Positions 8,444 to 17,932 of a DNA stretch of 64,000 bases are shown here, one piece after another. Numbering within the stretch: the stretch's first letter is position 1; every line of letters begins with the position of its first letter. The stretch covers positions 448,001-512,000 of the forward strand of contig CAVOXA010000010.1 of assembly GCA_963700285.1 (NCBI GenBank), given 5' to 3'. Under the pieces are notes generated by a model. It was not told where the DNA came from. It saw only the letters and a list, made by a program, of their open reading frames with translations, and did not search any database. Both the position numbers and the translations under genes were made by a program. Source of the DNA: an uncultured Chloroflexia bacterium. Lineage in GTDB: Bacteria > Chloroflexota > Anaerolineae > JAAYZQ01.

Positions 8444-9379
8444 ATGAAAATCTCGGAAGTCAAAAAAGTCATGCGAGGGCCCTTGGCCCCTGTGCTGACG
8501 GTCTACAAGGAAGACCTGTCCCTCGATCTGGACGCGACCCAGGAGAATGTGGACCAACAGATCCGCCGCGGGATGGCCAAGGGGAAAGGCATTCTGCTCG
8601 CCGCCGGCGCAGGCGGCGATTTTCCCCTCCTGAGCCACGACGAGCGCAAGGCCGTCATTAAGGCCGTTGCGGAGGCTGCCGGAGACCGGGGAACGGTACT
8701 GGGTACTGCCCAGTCGCCCCTGACCCAGGAAGCGATTGAATTTGCCCAATGGAGCCAGGAGGTTGGCTGCTATGGCATCCAGCTCAGCCCCACTTGGTAC
8801 TATCCACCCAATGAGGCCCAGGTCTACGCACACCTAAAAGCCGTGGCTGAGAGCATTGACATCTGCGTCATGGTCTACCACACACCCTGGCTCGGCTCTG
8901 AGATCAGTAACGACATGTTCCTGCGCCTGGCACAAGAACTGCCAAACGTACGGGCCATCAAGTGGAGTTCTCGGGATGCAGCCATCGTGATGGATGGCTA
9001 CATCGGGCTCTCGGACACATACGCCATGATCAACAATCACCCCAGTCTGCTGCAGGCGGCGTTGATGGGAGCCACAGGCTTTGTCACCCATCTGGCCAAC
9101 GTCTGGCCCGAGCATCAGGTAGCCTTGTGGGAGATGCTCGAGCGTGGAGAGTACCAGGCGGCAAACCAGGAATTCGTAAAGGTCCAGTGGCCCTGGCGCG
9201 GCCTGCGTGCCTGGGCCTCCAACAACGTCGCCCGAGGCGAGTCCCTGGCGGTCAAACCCGCCGCCGAGATGACCGGCTTTCACGGCGGTCCCAGCCGGCC
9301 GCCCATGGTCACCTTTAACGAGGACCAGCGGGCTCACGTACGCTCAATCCTGGAGAGCATGGGCGCTCCCTTGGTTTAA
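8444..9379 (+). CDS. Dihydrodipicolinate synthase / N-acetylneuraminate lyase family aldolase
   Basis: 311 aa TIM-barrel pattern: GAGGDFPLLS.DERK, VMVYHTP, NVRAIKWS (Schiff-base Lys), GPSRPP. Confidence 0.85.
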   Translation: MKISEVKKVMRGPLAPVLTVYKEDLSLDLDATQENVDQQIRRGMAKGKGILLAAGAGGDFPLLSHDERKAVIKAVAEAAGDRGTVLGTAQSPLTQEAIEFAQWSQEVGCYGIQLSPTWYYPPNEAQVYAHLKAVAESIDICVMVYHTPWLGSEISNDMFLRLAQELPNVRAIKWSSRDAAIVMDGYIGLSDTYAMINNHPSLLQAALMGATGFVTHLANVWPEHQVALWEMLERGEYQAANQEFVKVQWPWRGLRAWASNNVARGESLAVKPAAEMTGFHGGPSRPPMVTFNEDQRAHVRSILESMGAPLV

Positions 9380-9464
9380 TACCTATCCGAGAATGCTTTG
9401 GACGCCCTTCGAATACGGGGGCTGAGAGCGAATTTTCGCCGAGTTTTCAGCAGGAGGAGAAGAG

Positions 9465-10412
9465 ATGGCACAGGAGCCGGATCTGCGTCTGGCGATGTTG
9501 GGCATGGTAGATGGCAATGGCCACCCCTACTCATGGAGCGCCATGTTCAACGGTTACGATCCTGAGGTAATGGCTGACTGCCCCTATGCTGGGATCCCCG
9601 AATACCTGGACAAGGAACCCAAAGAGACGCTCCAAATCCCGGGCGCGCGGGTGACCCACATCTGGGCCGACGACCCTGCAGACGCGGTGCACGTGGCCCG
9701 CGCCAGCCTCATTCCTCATGTCGTGGCTCGAGCGGAAGACGTCATCGGCCACGTGGACGCGGTGATCGTCGCGACCGACATGGGCTACGAGCACGTGGAG
9801 CGCTGCCGCCCCTTTGTGGAAGCCGGCCTGCCCGTCTTTGTGGACAAGCCTTTGACCGATAATGAGCCGGACCTGGTACAGTTTGGGGAATGGGTGAGGG
9901 CAGGTAAGCGCATCATGTCCTCAAGCTGCATGCGTTACGCCAAGGAATTCTGGCCGTACCGGACTTCAACCCACGAATTGGGCGAGTTGCGCTACGCTTC
10001 CATCACGACGCCCAAGAGCTGGGAGCGCTATGGTATCCACGCCCTGGAGGGGGTATATCCAATCCTGGGTCCAGGGTTTGTCTCGGCTCGCAACACCGGC
10101 ACGGAGGATCGCAACATTGTCCACCTGGAGCACGAGTGCGGCGCCGACGTGGTCATTGCCGCCATCAGCGATATGTATGGCGCCTTTGGGGCGCTGACCC
10201 TGGCCGGAACCAGCGGGCACGTCGCAGTCAGCTTTGGCGACACGTTCTATGCCTTCAGGACCCAACTCGTGGCCTTTGTCGAGTATCTGCGGACGGGTCA
10301 ACGGGCGTTCCCGTTCTCGGAAACGGTCGAGATGATAAAGATCATCATTGCCGGCATTCGCAGTCGTGAGGAAGGCGGGCGCAAAGTGCTACTGGTCGAG
10401 ATCGAGGGCTAG
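9465..10412 (+). CDS. Gfo/Idh/MocA family oxidoreductase
   Basis: 315 aa: VDAVIVATD, GLPVFVDKPL, SSSCMRY, YGIHALE. Confidence 0.8.
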   Translation: MAQEPDLRLAMLGMVDGNGHPYSWSAMFNGYDPEVMADCPYAGIPEYLDKEPKETLQIPGARVTHIWADDPADAVHVARASLIPHVVARAEDVIGHVDAVIVATDMGYEHVERCRPFVEAGLPVFVDKPLTDNEPDLVQFGEWVRAGKRIMSSSCMRYAKEFWPYRTSTHELGELRYASITTPKSWERYGIHALEGVYPILGPGFVSARNTGTEDRNIVHLEHECGADVVIAAISDMYGAFGALTLAGTSGHVAVSFGDTFYAFRTQLVAFVEYLRTGQRAFPFSETVEMIKIIIAGIRSREEGGRKVLLVEIEG

Positions 10413-10415
10413 GCC

Positions 10416-11543
10416 ATGGCCATGACTGAGCGCGAGCGGCTGCTGGCGGTCTACCGTGGGGAGACGCCAGACCGCGTACCCTTTTTCCTGGACCTCTCCC
10501 ACTGGTTCTACCAGAAACACAGCATTCCTTTCGATCTATCGGTACCGCACCTGGAGCCCGAATGGGATCTGATCGACTATCACAAAAAAGTGGGTGCGGG
10601 ATTCTACGTGCCCAACCTCAATTCTTACTTTGACGTGACCCTGCCCCCCGACGTGGTGGCCACGACGACCAAAGAAATGACAGGCCAAGGGCCCGAGATC
10701 ACCTGGCGCATCGAGACGCCTATCGGCGCCATCGAGCGCAAGCGCCAGTGGGAGGAGCAGAGCTACTCCTGGAACGTCTCCAAGTGGGGCGTGCGCACAG
10801 AGCAGGATCTGCGCGTGCTGGGTTATGCCCTCGGCCACTACCAGTATCAGCCCGCATGGGAACGCTATACCCCATGGGTAGAGTCCCTGGGCGACTATGG
10901 CGTGGTGTATATCTCTGTCGGCTACAGCGCCATGGGCCACCTGCTGGGCTATTGGATGGGCATCGAAGGTACTATCTATGCCTCGGTCGATATGCCCGGC
11001 GTTCTGCGCGAGGTAGTAGACCAGATCAACAACAACATCTTGAACTGTGTGGACATGGTCTGTCAGAGCCCGGCCGAAGTCATCATCATGGGCGATAATT
11101 TCAGCGGCGACATCCAGCCGCCGAGCTTTTTCAAGAGGTGGTCGGAGCCGTTTTACGCGGAAGCGATCCGGCGCGTGCGCGAGGCGGGCAAGTACAGCGC
11201 CATCCATATTGACGGCCGCCTGAAGGGTATTCTCAGGTGTTTTGCTGATCTGGGCGCTACTTGCGCCGACGCCGTAACGCCTGCCCCGATGGGAGATCTC
11301 ACCCCGCGCCAGTGCCGTGAGGAAGCCGGGCCAGAAATGGTACTTTCGGGTGGGGTGCCGCCCAACCTCTGGCTGCCAGAGGTCAGCGACGAGACGTTCA
11401 AACATTCGGTGCTGGATTGGCTGGAGATCCGCAAGCTGAGTCCCGGTCTCGTGGCCAACGCCGGCGACCAAGTGCCGCCCGGCGCGCCGGAATACCGCAT
11501 CGAGATGATGCGCGAGTTGGTGGAAGAACACGGGAGGTACTGA
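10416..11543 (+). CDS. UroD/MtaA-like protein
   Basis: 375 aa: MTERERLLAVYRGETPDRVP, IETPIG, MGDNF, IHIDG, PAPMGD, AGDQVPP. Confidence 0.8.
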   Translation: MAMTERERLLAVYRGETPDRVPFFLDLSHWFYQKHSIPFDLSVPHLEPEWDLIDYHKKVGAGFYVPNLNSYFDVTLPPDVVATTTKEMTGQGPEITWRIETPIGAIERKRQWEEQSYSWNVSKWGVRTEQDLRVLGYALGHYQYQPAWERYTPWVESLGDYGVVYISVGYSAMGHLLGYWMGIEGTIYASVDMPGVLREVVDQINNNILNCVDMVCQSPAEVIIMGDNFSGDIQPPSFFKRWSEPFYAEAIRRVREAGKYSAIHIDGRLKGILRCFADLGATCADAVTPAPMGDLTPRQCREEAGPEMVLSGGVPPNLWLPEVSDETFKHSVLDWLEIRKLSPGLVANAGDQVPPGAPEYRIEMMRELVEEHGRY

Positions 11544-13862
11544 TGGTAGAGAACTGGACGTTCACGGACCTGGACGGTCAGGTGGCGCAAGAGCTGCAAG
11601 ATTTCCTGCCGGAGCGTGTTTTTGACGCCCATGCCCACGTCTATCGCGTAGACGATCTAAACGTGGAGGGAGCGGGTCTGTTCGGGGAAGGGCCGCCAGA
11701 GGTGGGCACCGGTACCTGGCGCGAGTTCGGCGCCAGGATTTTCGGGGAAGCCCGGCTGCAGGGGGGGCTGTTCCTGGCTACGCCCACGGCCAACTGCAAC
11801 CCAGAGCGCGTCAACGCCTATCTGCTCGCCCAACTCGAGGCTGAGCCTGGCAGCCGCGGCTCGATCCTGGTCACGCCGGATGACACAGCCGCGGGGCTCG
11901 AGCCCCTGCTACAGCACCCACAGGTAGTGGGTTTCAAGCCCTATCACGTTTTCAGCTACGACAAACCCACTTTCCAGGCACCCATCCCCAGCTACCTGCC
12001 CGAATGGGCCTGGGAAGTGGCTGATGCGCGGGGCTTGACCATCACGCTGCACATGGTCAAGAGTCTGGCCCTAGCCGACCTTGACAACCAGCACCACATC
12101 CGGAGCATGTGCCTCAAATACCCTGGCGCCCAGCTTGTCCTGGCCCACGCGGCGCGGGGCTTTCACGCCCCCAACACAGCCAGGGGCCTGCATGCCCTCC
12201 GGGGGCTGGAGAACGTCTGGTTCGACATGTCAGCGATTTGCGAGCCGGAGGCCCTGGTCGCCATCCTGCGCGCCTTTGGCCCGCGGCGGCTGCTTTGGGG
12301 CAGCGATTTTCCCGTCTCCGAGTCGCGGGGCCGGGCAGTGACGGCGGGAGACGGCTTTGTCTGGCTCCAGGCGGACACCGTGAACTGGGACAAGGTTTCT
12401 CCGGAATGCCAGCCGGTTCTCGTCGGGCTGGAATCGCTCCGAGCGCTGAAAGGGGCCGCCGACAGTTTTGGCCTGAACGATGAGGATGTACAGGATGTCT
12501 TTTGTGACAACGCCTGGCGCCTGCTGAGTCTCAAGCCCGAGTCCGGCACGCTGACGCAGGATCGATACAGAGAGGCCAAGCAGCGTATTCCCGGCGGCGT
12601 ACAGTTGCTCAGCAAGCGGCCCGAGCAATTTGCCCCGGACCAATGGCCGGCCTATTTCCGCGAGGCGCGTGGCTGCGAAATATGGGATCTGGACGGCCGG
12701 CACTACTGGGACATGTCCATCAACGGCATCGGGGCCTGCCTGCTGGGCTACCGCGACCCGGAGGTGACACAGGCCGTGCTACGGCGGGTCAACCTGGGCG
12801 CCATGTCTACCCTGAACCCACCGGAGGAGGCCGACCTGGCCGATCTGCTGTGTGAGATCCACCCCTGGGCCGAGCAGGTTCGCTTTGCCCGCAGCGGGGG
12901 GGAGATCGCTGCCATCGCTGTGCGCATTGCCCGGGCGACGACGGATCGCTCGCTGGTGGCCATCGGCGGCTATCATGGCTGGCACGACTGGTACCTGGCC
13001 GCTAACCTGGGAGATGATGATTCCCTACGCGGCCACCTGCTGCCGGGCCTGGAGCCACTGGGGGTTCCTCGAGAGTTGCGCGGAACGGTCCTGACCTTTC
13101 AGCACGGCGACCGGGAAGCGCTGCAGAATATCCTGGACGAACATGGAGACCGTCTGGCGGCTGTGATCATGGAACCGTGCCGCCACCACGATCCGGAACC
13201 AGGCTATTTGGACTTTGTGCGCGAGGGTGCACACCGATGCGGGGCCCTGCTGATCTTTGACGAGATCTCGATCGGCTGGCGCCTGGCCTGCGGGGGGGCA
13301 CACCTCAGGCTCGGCATCGAGCCGGACATGGCGATCTTTGCCAAGTCCCTGGGCAATGGGCATCCCATTGCGGCCGTCATCGGCACGCGGGAAGCGATGG
13401 ATGGTGCCCATGCGTCCTTTATCAGCAGTACCTACTGGACGGAGAGCGTCGGTCCGGCCGCGGCCCTGGCAGCGGTGCGCAAGATGCAGGCGTTGGACGT
13501 TCCAGCGCACGTCGCGTGGGTCGGGGAGACTGTGTCGGGATTCTGGCAACGCTACGGCGAGCGGCATGGCCTGCCTGTGGTGACCGGCGATGGTTATCCC
13601 TGCCTGGCCCATTTCCGGTTTGACCATGAACTGGCGGACGAAGCTGAGGACGCTCTACACCCAGCTCATGCTGGAGCGCGGCTTCCTGGCCAGCCCCTCG
13701 ATCTATGCCACGCTGGCCCACACGGAGGAGATCCTCGGGCTTTACGGCGAGGCAATTGACGAGGTCTTTGCCGAACTCGCGGCTGCCCTGGCAGCAGGCG
13801 ACGTCCAGGTACGGCTCAAAGGGCCGGTGGCCCATACTGGCTTCAGGCGGCTGATCGACTAG
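11543..13862 (+). CDS. Fusion of amidohydrolase_2 domain and class III PLP aminotransferase (GSA-aminomutase-like); +1 frameshift near 13640
   Basis: ATG 11543 overlaps the preceding TGA. N-terminal domain: FDAHAH, AHAARGF, WGSDFP. C-terminal domain: IPGGVQLLSKRP, FDEISIGWR, FAKSLGNGHPI. The last ~70 aa (LRTLYTQLMLERGF...HTGFRRLID) are in the 13590-13862 frame. Confidence 0.8.
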
Positions 13863-13948
13863 GCGGGCACAAGCTACAGCCAGCGGCCGATCCACTGCCG
13901 GCAGCACAGGGAGAGTGCGAAGCATGACATCACGTCCTTGCAGGCAGG

Positions 13949-14017
13949 TGGGAGAACATCGTCGCCTTTTTTCAGGCCATTGAGGAGTTCGGATATTATC
14001 GAGAGAACCGACTGTAA
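13949..14017 (+). pseudogene. C-terminal remnant of a UroD-like gene
   Basis: Translates to WENIVAFFQAIEEFGYYRENRL*, resembling the family's final helix (compare LENITTMYETAFRY in the 55709 protein). Confidence 0.5.
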
Positions 14018-14038
14018 AGATTTGAAACGTAGTAGAGC

Positions 14039-14094
14039 GTCGAACAAGTTGGTGTAGCGGACGGCTGGCCGCCGCCGCTGAACAGGGGTGAGCC
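14039..14094 (+). repeat. Solitary degenerate attC-like site
   Basis: GTCGAAC-aagttggtgtagcggacggc-tggcc-gccgccgctgaacaggg-GTGAGCC: R''/R'-like ends and an inner stem with one unpaired base. Confidence 0.4.
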
Positions 14095-14135
14095 AAGGGA
14101 ATGCGGATCGAGGGTAACGCACAAGGAGGGGAGGA

Positions 14136-15518
14136 ATGATCAAGCCTAGAATCGGATTTGTTGTCTACGGAGTTCACAAAGACGGCCTGCTTGATCCTAT
14201 GGGCGTGCCTTTCATCGACGACGAACTGATCGAGAATGCTCAAGAGTCCCTTCGCAACGCAGGGCTGGAACTTGTCGTCCATGACCTGGTCATTGCCTCA
14301 AAGCAAGAAGCGCGGGAGTGCTTTTCCAAGTTCAAAAAGATGGAAGACGTGGATGCCTTGATCCTGTTCTCAGGGACGTGGGTCTGGGCCGCTCACCTGA
14401 TCGGCCCGCTCCGCGACTATTCGTTCACAGGCAAGGGCATCGTGCTCTGGACCCATCCCGGTTCGCAGGGCTGGCGGCCGGTCGGCGGCCTGGTCCTGCA
14501 CGGCGCGCTCAAAGAGGTCGGCATCCAGCACCGCTTCGTGTACGGCAGCCACGACGCCCCCATAGAGATCAACCGCATCGTCTCCTACTGCCGGGCCAGC
14601 CACGAGAAGAACCAGCTGAATATGGGCACCATTGGCGCTTTCGGCGGACGTGGCATGGGCCAGACCTGCGGCGTGGCCGACCCCTCCCAGTGGATGAGGG
14701 TCTTTGGGCTGGATATTGACAGCCGCGACACCACCGAGCTGATCGAGACGGCCAAGCTGATTTCCCCGGAAGAGGTCCAGAAGGCGCGGGGCGAGATCCA
14801 GCCGCTTTTTTCCGACCCCATCCCTGACGACGAGATGGCCGAGCGCTCCATCCGGCTGTATCTGGCCATCAAGAGAACCATCGAAAAAGAGGGTTGGGAT
14901 TTCTACACGATCCAGTCCTTCCCCGGCCTGGGCGACGATTACAGCGCCACCTGCTTGGCCCAGAGCATGATGCTGGAACACGGCGTCGGCACCTCCACCC
15001 TCAGCGACTTCAACACGTGCCTGACGGTCAAGCTGATCACCGACTTGAGCCAGGAGCGGGTGTATTACGGCGACCTACAGCACATCGACAAATCGAGCAA
15101 CGAGATCAAGATCATCGGCGACGGGACCTGTCCGCCCTCCCTGGCGGGTGAAGTCGGACCGGCGGGCTTTGCCGAACACGGCATCCCCACCGAAGGCGAA
15201 GCCGGCGGTTTGTCCGTCAAGCTGGTCTGCAAGGCCGGCGAGGGCGTGCTGGCCCGCCTGGGCCGCGTCAAGGGCCGGTTCAGGATGGTCGTCACCCGTT
15301 GCTCTGTCTTCGAGCCGCCCGCCGAGCAGTTGCAAGAGCGCCGCCTGGAGTGCGGCATCCCCTTCTGGCCCCACGCCTTTGTCACCGCCCACTGCGACAT
15401 AGACGCGTTGATCGACACCTGGAGCAACGAGTACGCGGTGCTCGGCTACGGCGAGCACCTGTATGACGATCTATTGGCTTTCTGCGAGCTGACGGGTATC
15501 GAGGCCATCGCGCTGTGA
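14136..15518 (+). CDS. L-fucose/L-arabinose isomerase family protein
   Basis: 460 aa: FSGTWVWAAHL, ERSIRLYLAIK, GVLARLGR, PFWPHAF, NEYAVLGYG. Confidence 0.7.
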   Translation: MIKPRIGFVVYGVHKDGLLDPMGVPFIDDELIENAQESLRNAGLELVVHDLVIASKQEARECFSKFKKMEDVDALILFSGTWVWAAHLIGPLRDYSFTGKGIVLWTHPGSQGWRPVGGLVLHGALKEVGIQHRFVYGSHDAPIEINRIVSYCRASHEKNQLNMGTIGAFGGRGMGQTCGVADPSQWMRVFGLDIDSRDTTELIETAKLISPEEVQKARGEIQPLFSDPIPDDEMAERSIRLYLAIKRTIEKEGWDFYTIQSFPGLGDDYSATCLAQSMMLEHGVGTSTLSDFNTCLTVKLITDLSQERVYYGDLQHIDKSSNEIKIIGDGTCPPSLAGEVGPAGFAEHGIPTEGEAGGLSVKLVCKAGEGVLARLGRVKGRFRMVVTRCSVFEPPAEQLQERRLECGIPFWPHAFVTAHCDIDALIDTWSNEYAVLGYGEHLYDDLLAFCELTGIEAIAL

Positions 15519-16585
15519 CGCCAGACACAGGGAGAAAGACAACGAATCCGCTCTATTTCCGCGACCACAGCCGGAAGGAACTCCTGGAACACGTCGGGCA
15601 CATGGACCAGGTGGCGGGCGTCCAACTGCTCGAAGCCGGCGATGGGTTGGCGCGAGGCAGCCGGGTGCTCCAGGTATGGACCGGCACCGGGCTGTCGTTC
15701 GACGTTCTAGCCGACCGGGCGCTGGACATCTCCGCCTGCCGCTACAAGGGCGTTCCCCTGGCCTGGATTTCGCCAGTCGGCGACGTCCATCCCAGTTACT
15801 ACGAGCCGGATGGCGCGGGTTGGCTGCGCTCCTTCCAGGGCGGCCTGCTGGTCACCTGCGGCCTGGACCACTTTGGCTACCCCTCCGACGACGGGGGCGA
15901 AGCATTGGGCCTCCACGGACGGGTGAGCAACCTGCCCGCCCGCTACGTGAGGCACCGCGCGGCCTGGCAGGGCGACGAGTACAAGCTCGAGGTCAGTGGG
16001 CAAGTGCGCCAGGCGCGGGTATTCGGCGAGAATCTGGTGTTGCGCCGGCGCATCTCGACGCGCCTGGGCTCCAATCGGATATGGATCGAGGACGAGGTTG
16101 CCAATGAGGGCTTTGCACCCCAGCCACACATGATCCTCTATCACTTCAACCTGGGCTTTCCCCTGCTCAGTGAGGACACCCGCCTGCACGTCGAGGTAGA
16201 GGGCACGGCCCCGCGCGATGCCGATGCAGAGGCCGGGCTGGCTGATTGGATGAGGTTTCAGCCGCCGACCGAGGGGTACCGGGAGCAGGTCTTTTGCCAC
16301 GTGCCCAAAGTCGGTGCCGACGGACGGGTCCGGGTGGGGTTGGAGAATCCGACTCTGGGCCTGGGCTTGCGCTGGACCTACGACCGGGCCAGTCTGCCAC
16401 ACCTGTTCCAGTGGAAAATGATGGGCCAGGGACTGTACGTGCTCGGGGTGGAGCCAGCCAACAGCAGCGGGATGCAGGGCCGCGCCTCTGCCCGGCAGAG
16501 CGGCGACCTGCCCTATCTGGCGCCAGGTGAGAGCCGCCGCTACGCGCTAGAGCTCGAGGTGGTCGAGAGTTCGCAGTCGAGGTAG
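15515..16585 (+). CDS. Aldose 1-epimerase-like protein (DUF4432)
   Basis: 356 aa: DRALDIS, WLRSFQGGLLVTCGL, LHGRVSN, ILYHFNLG, YVLGVEP. Confidence 0.85.
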   Translation: MTPDTGRKTTNPLYFRDHSRKELLEHVGHMDQVAGVQLLEAGDGLARGSRVLQVWTGTGLSFDVLADRALDISACRYKGVPLAWISPVGDVHPSYYEPDGAGWLRSFQGGLLVTCGLDHFGYPSDDGGEALGLHGRVSNLPARYVRHRAAWQGDEYKLEVSGQVRQARVFGENLVLRRRISTRLGSNRIWIEDEVANEGFAPQPHMILYHFNLGFPLLSEDTRLHVEVEGTAPRDADAEAGLADWMRFQPPTEGYREQVFCHVPKVGADGRVRVGLENPTLGLGLRWTYDRASLPHLFQWKMMGQGLYVLGVEPANSSGMQGRASARQSGDLPYLAPGESRRYALELEVVESSQSR

Positions 16586-16615
16586 CGGCAGAGTGATGAG
16601 AGGAGGAATTATCCT

Positions 16616-17614
16616 ATGAACTCGTTGCATAGCCGTCCGGCCATTGACGCTCACGTACACGTTCATCCGGACTCAATAGCCGACCTAGCATTCATCATGA
16701 AGGCCAACAATCTGAGCCAGGTGGTGAACCTGGGCATCCTGGAATTGCTCGGCATCCCGGTCGAAGAGGGGATGCGTACTTTCCGCCGGGCGCTAGGCCA
16801 GCATATGGCCTATTTTTCCACACCCGATTTCAGGGATACCTCTCCTGGCTTTGGCCGGCGCATGGCGGACGAACTGGCACGCAGAGTGGAAGCCGGGGCC
16901 GCCGGTCTCAAGATCTTTAAGGAGCTGGGGTTGCGGCACAAGGACGCCAGCGGCAACCTCATCCCCGTGGACGATCCGCGCCTGGACCCCCTGTGGGCCA
17001 TGGCCAGCGAGCTGGGCGTGCCCGTGCTCATCCATACCGCCGACCCGGTGGCCTTTTTCCAGCCGCTGGAACCAGACAACGAGCGATGGGAGCAATTGCA
17101 GGTCCATCCTGACTGGCACTTTGGCGGGCCCGAGTTCCCCGGCCACGACGACCTACTGGCCCAACGAAACCGCGTCATCGAGCGGCATCCGGAGACCACG
17201 TTCATCGGCGCGCACCTGGGCAACTACCCGGAGGATCTGGCCTACGTGGCTGCCTGCCTGGAGCGCTATCCCAACTTTAGCGTGGACACCAGCGCCCGCA
17301 TCGGCGAGTTTGGCCGTCACCCTGTCGATAAAGTGCGAGCCTTCTTTGCCAAGCACCAGGATCGCATACTCTTTGGTACCGATTCAACAATCGGCTGGGA
17401 CGCCTCTGACGGAGTACCGGAGAGTGTGACAGAGTTGAACCTCTTCTACGATGCGCACTGGCGCTACTTTGAGACCGACGCACGACAGATAGAGGATCCA
17501 TTCTACCCCATCCACGGTCACTGGCATGTGGATGCTCTCGATCTGCCGGACGAGGTGTTGGACAAGCTGTACATTCAGAATGCGCGACGGCTGATCCCCG
17601 GCTTGCAGGTTTGA
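16616..17614 (+). CDS. Amidohydrolase family protein (amidohydro_2)
   Basis: 332 aa: IDAHVH, GLKIFKELGL, PVLIHTADP, IGAHLG, DRILFGTD. Confidence 0.85.
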   Translation: MNSLHSRPAIDAHVHVHPDSIADLAFIMKANNLSQVVNLGILELLGIPVEEGMRTFRRALGQHMAYFSTPDFRDTSPGFGRRMADELARRVEAGAAGLKIFKELGLRHKDASGNLIPVDDPRLDPLWAMASELGVPVLIHTADPVAFFQPLEPDNERWEQLQVHPDWHFGGPEFPGHDDLLAQRNRVIERHPETTFIGAHLGNYPEDLAYVAACLERYPNFSVDTSARIGEFGRHPVDKVRAFFAKHQDRILFGTDSTIGWDASDGVPESVTELNLFYDAHWRYFETDARQIEDPFYPIHGHWHVDALDLPDEVLDKLYIQNARRLIPGLQV

Positions 17615-17657
17615 GCCACACCACACAACGACGTTCTGCTATCAAGCTGGTGGAGGT

Positions 17658-17845
17658 GTGCTGGTTCAGCGTGTGGGGTTCCATATCCACGAACAGTATG
17701 AAACAAGGGGAGTTCCACGATGAACAGGGTGACTGTCAGCCAAGTGGAGCAAATCCAACGAGCGACCAAAGATCTGCTGGAAAACGTCGGTGTGCAAGTG
17801 ATGCACCATGGGCTGTTGTAGCGCACCTGCACTGCGGGGGTGCAG
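17658..17845 (+). repeat. 188-bp imperfect direct repeat, copy 1 (leader and 5' end of an mttB-like gene)
   Basis: Aligns without gaps to 19061-19248. Confidence 0.85.
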
Positions 17846-17932
17846 CCGGCCGTGCTCACCGTGGTCCTGGATGCCAAGCGCATCAACGAGGCGCAGTCCT
17901 TGATCGACTTTTTTGAAGGGGGCGAGTCGTGA
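17720..17932 (+). pseudogene. Truncated MttB-like gene (TAG at codon 34, then joined in frame to an unrelated tail)
   Basis: MNRVTVSQVEQIQRATKDLLENVGVQVMHHGLL*RTCTAGVQ versus MNRLTVSEVEQIQRATEDLLENVGVQVMHDGLLQRARAGGAQ at 19123; the frame ends at a TGA overlapping the GTG of 17929. Confidence 0.75.

Noticed and set aside
11417-11542. N-terminal extensions in the ORF track (11417, 20568, 48552, 51168, 54210, 55562, 62820)
   Set aside because: They overlap upstream genes or hairpins; downstream ATGs with an RBS or stop/start overlap match the family starts.
346-13862. Heme biosynthesis (hemE- and hemL-like annotations)
   Set aside because: The UroD-fold proteins lack the RQAGR porphyrinogen-binding motif, the aminotransferase is fused to an amidohydrolase, and no other hem genes occur.
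17819-17821. In-frame TAG in an mttB-like sequence suggesting pyrrolysine
   Set aside because: It is at codon 34 of a truncated duplicate where the intact copy has CAA. Pyl lies deep in the catalytic barrel of MttB, and no pyl genes are present.
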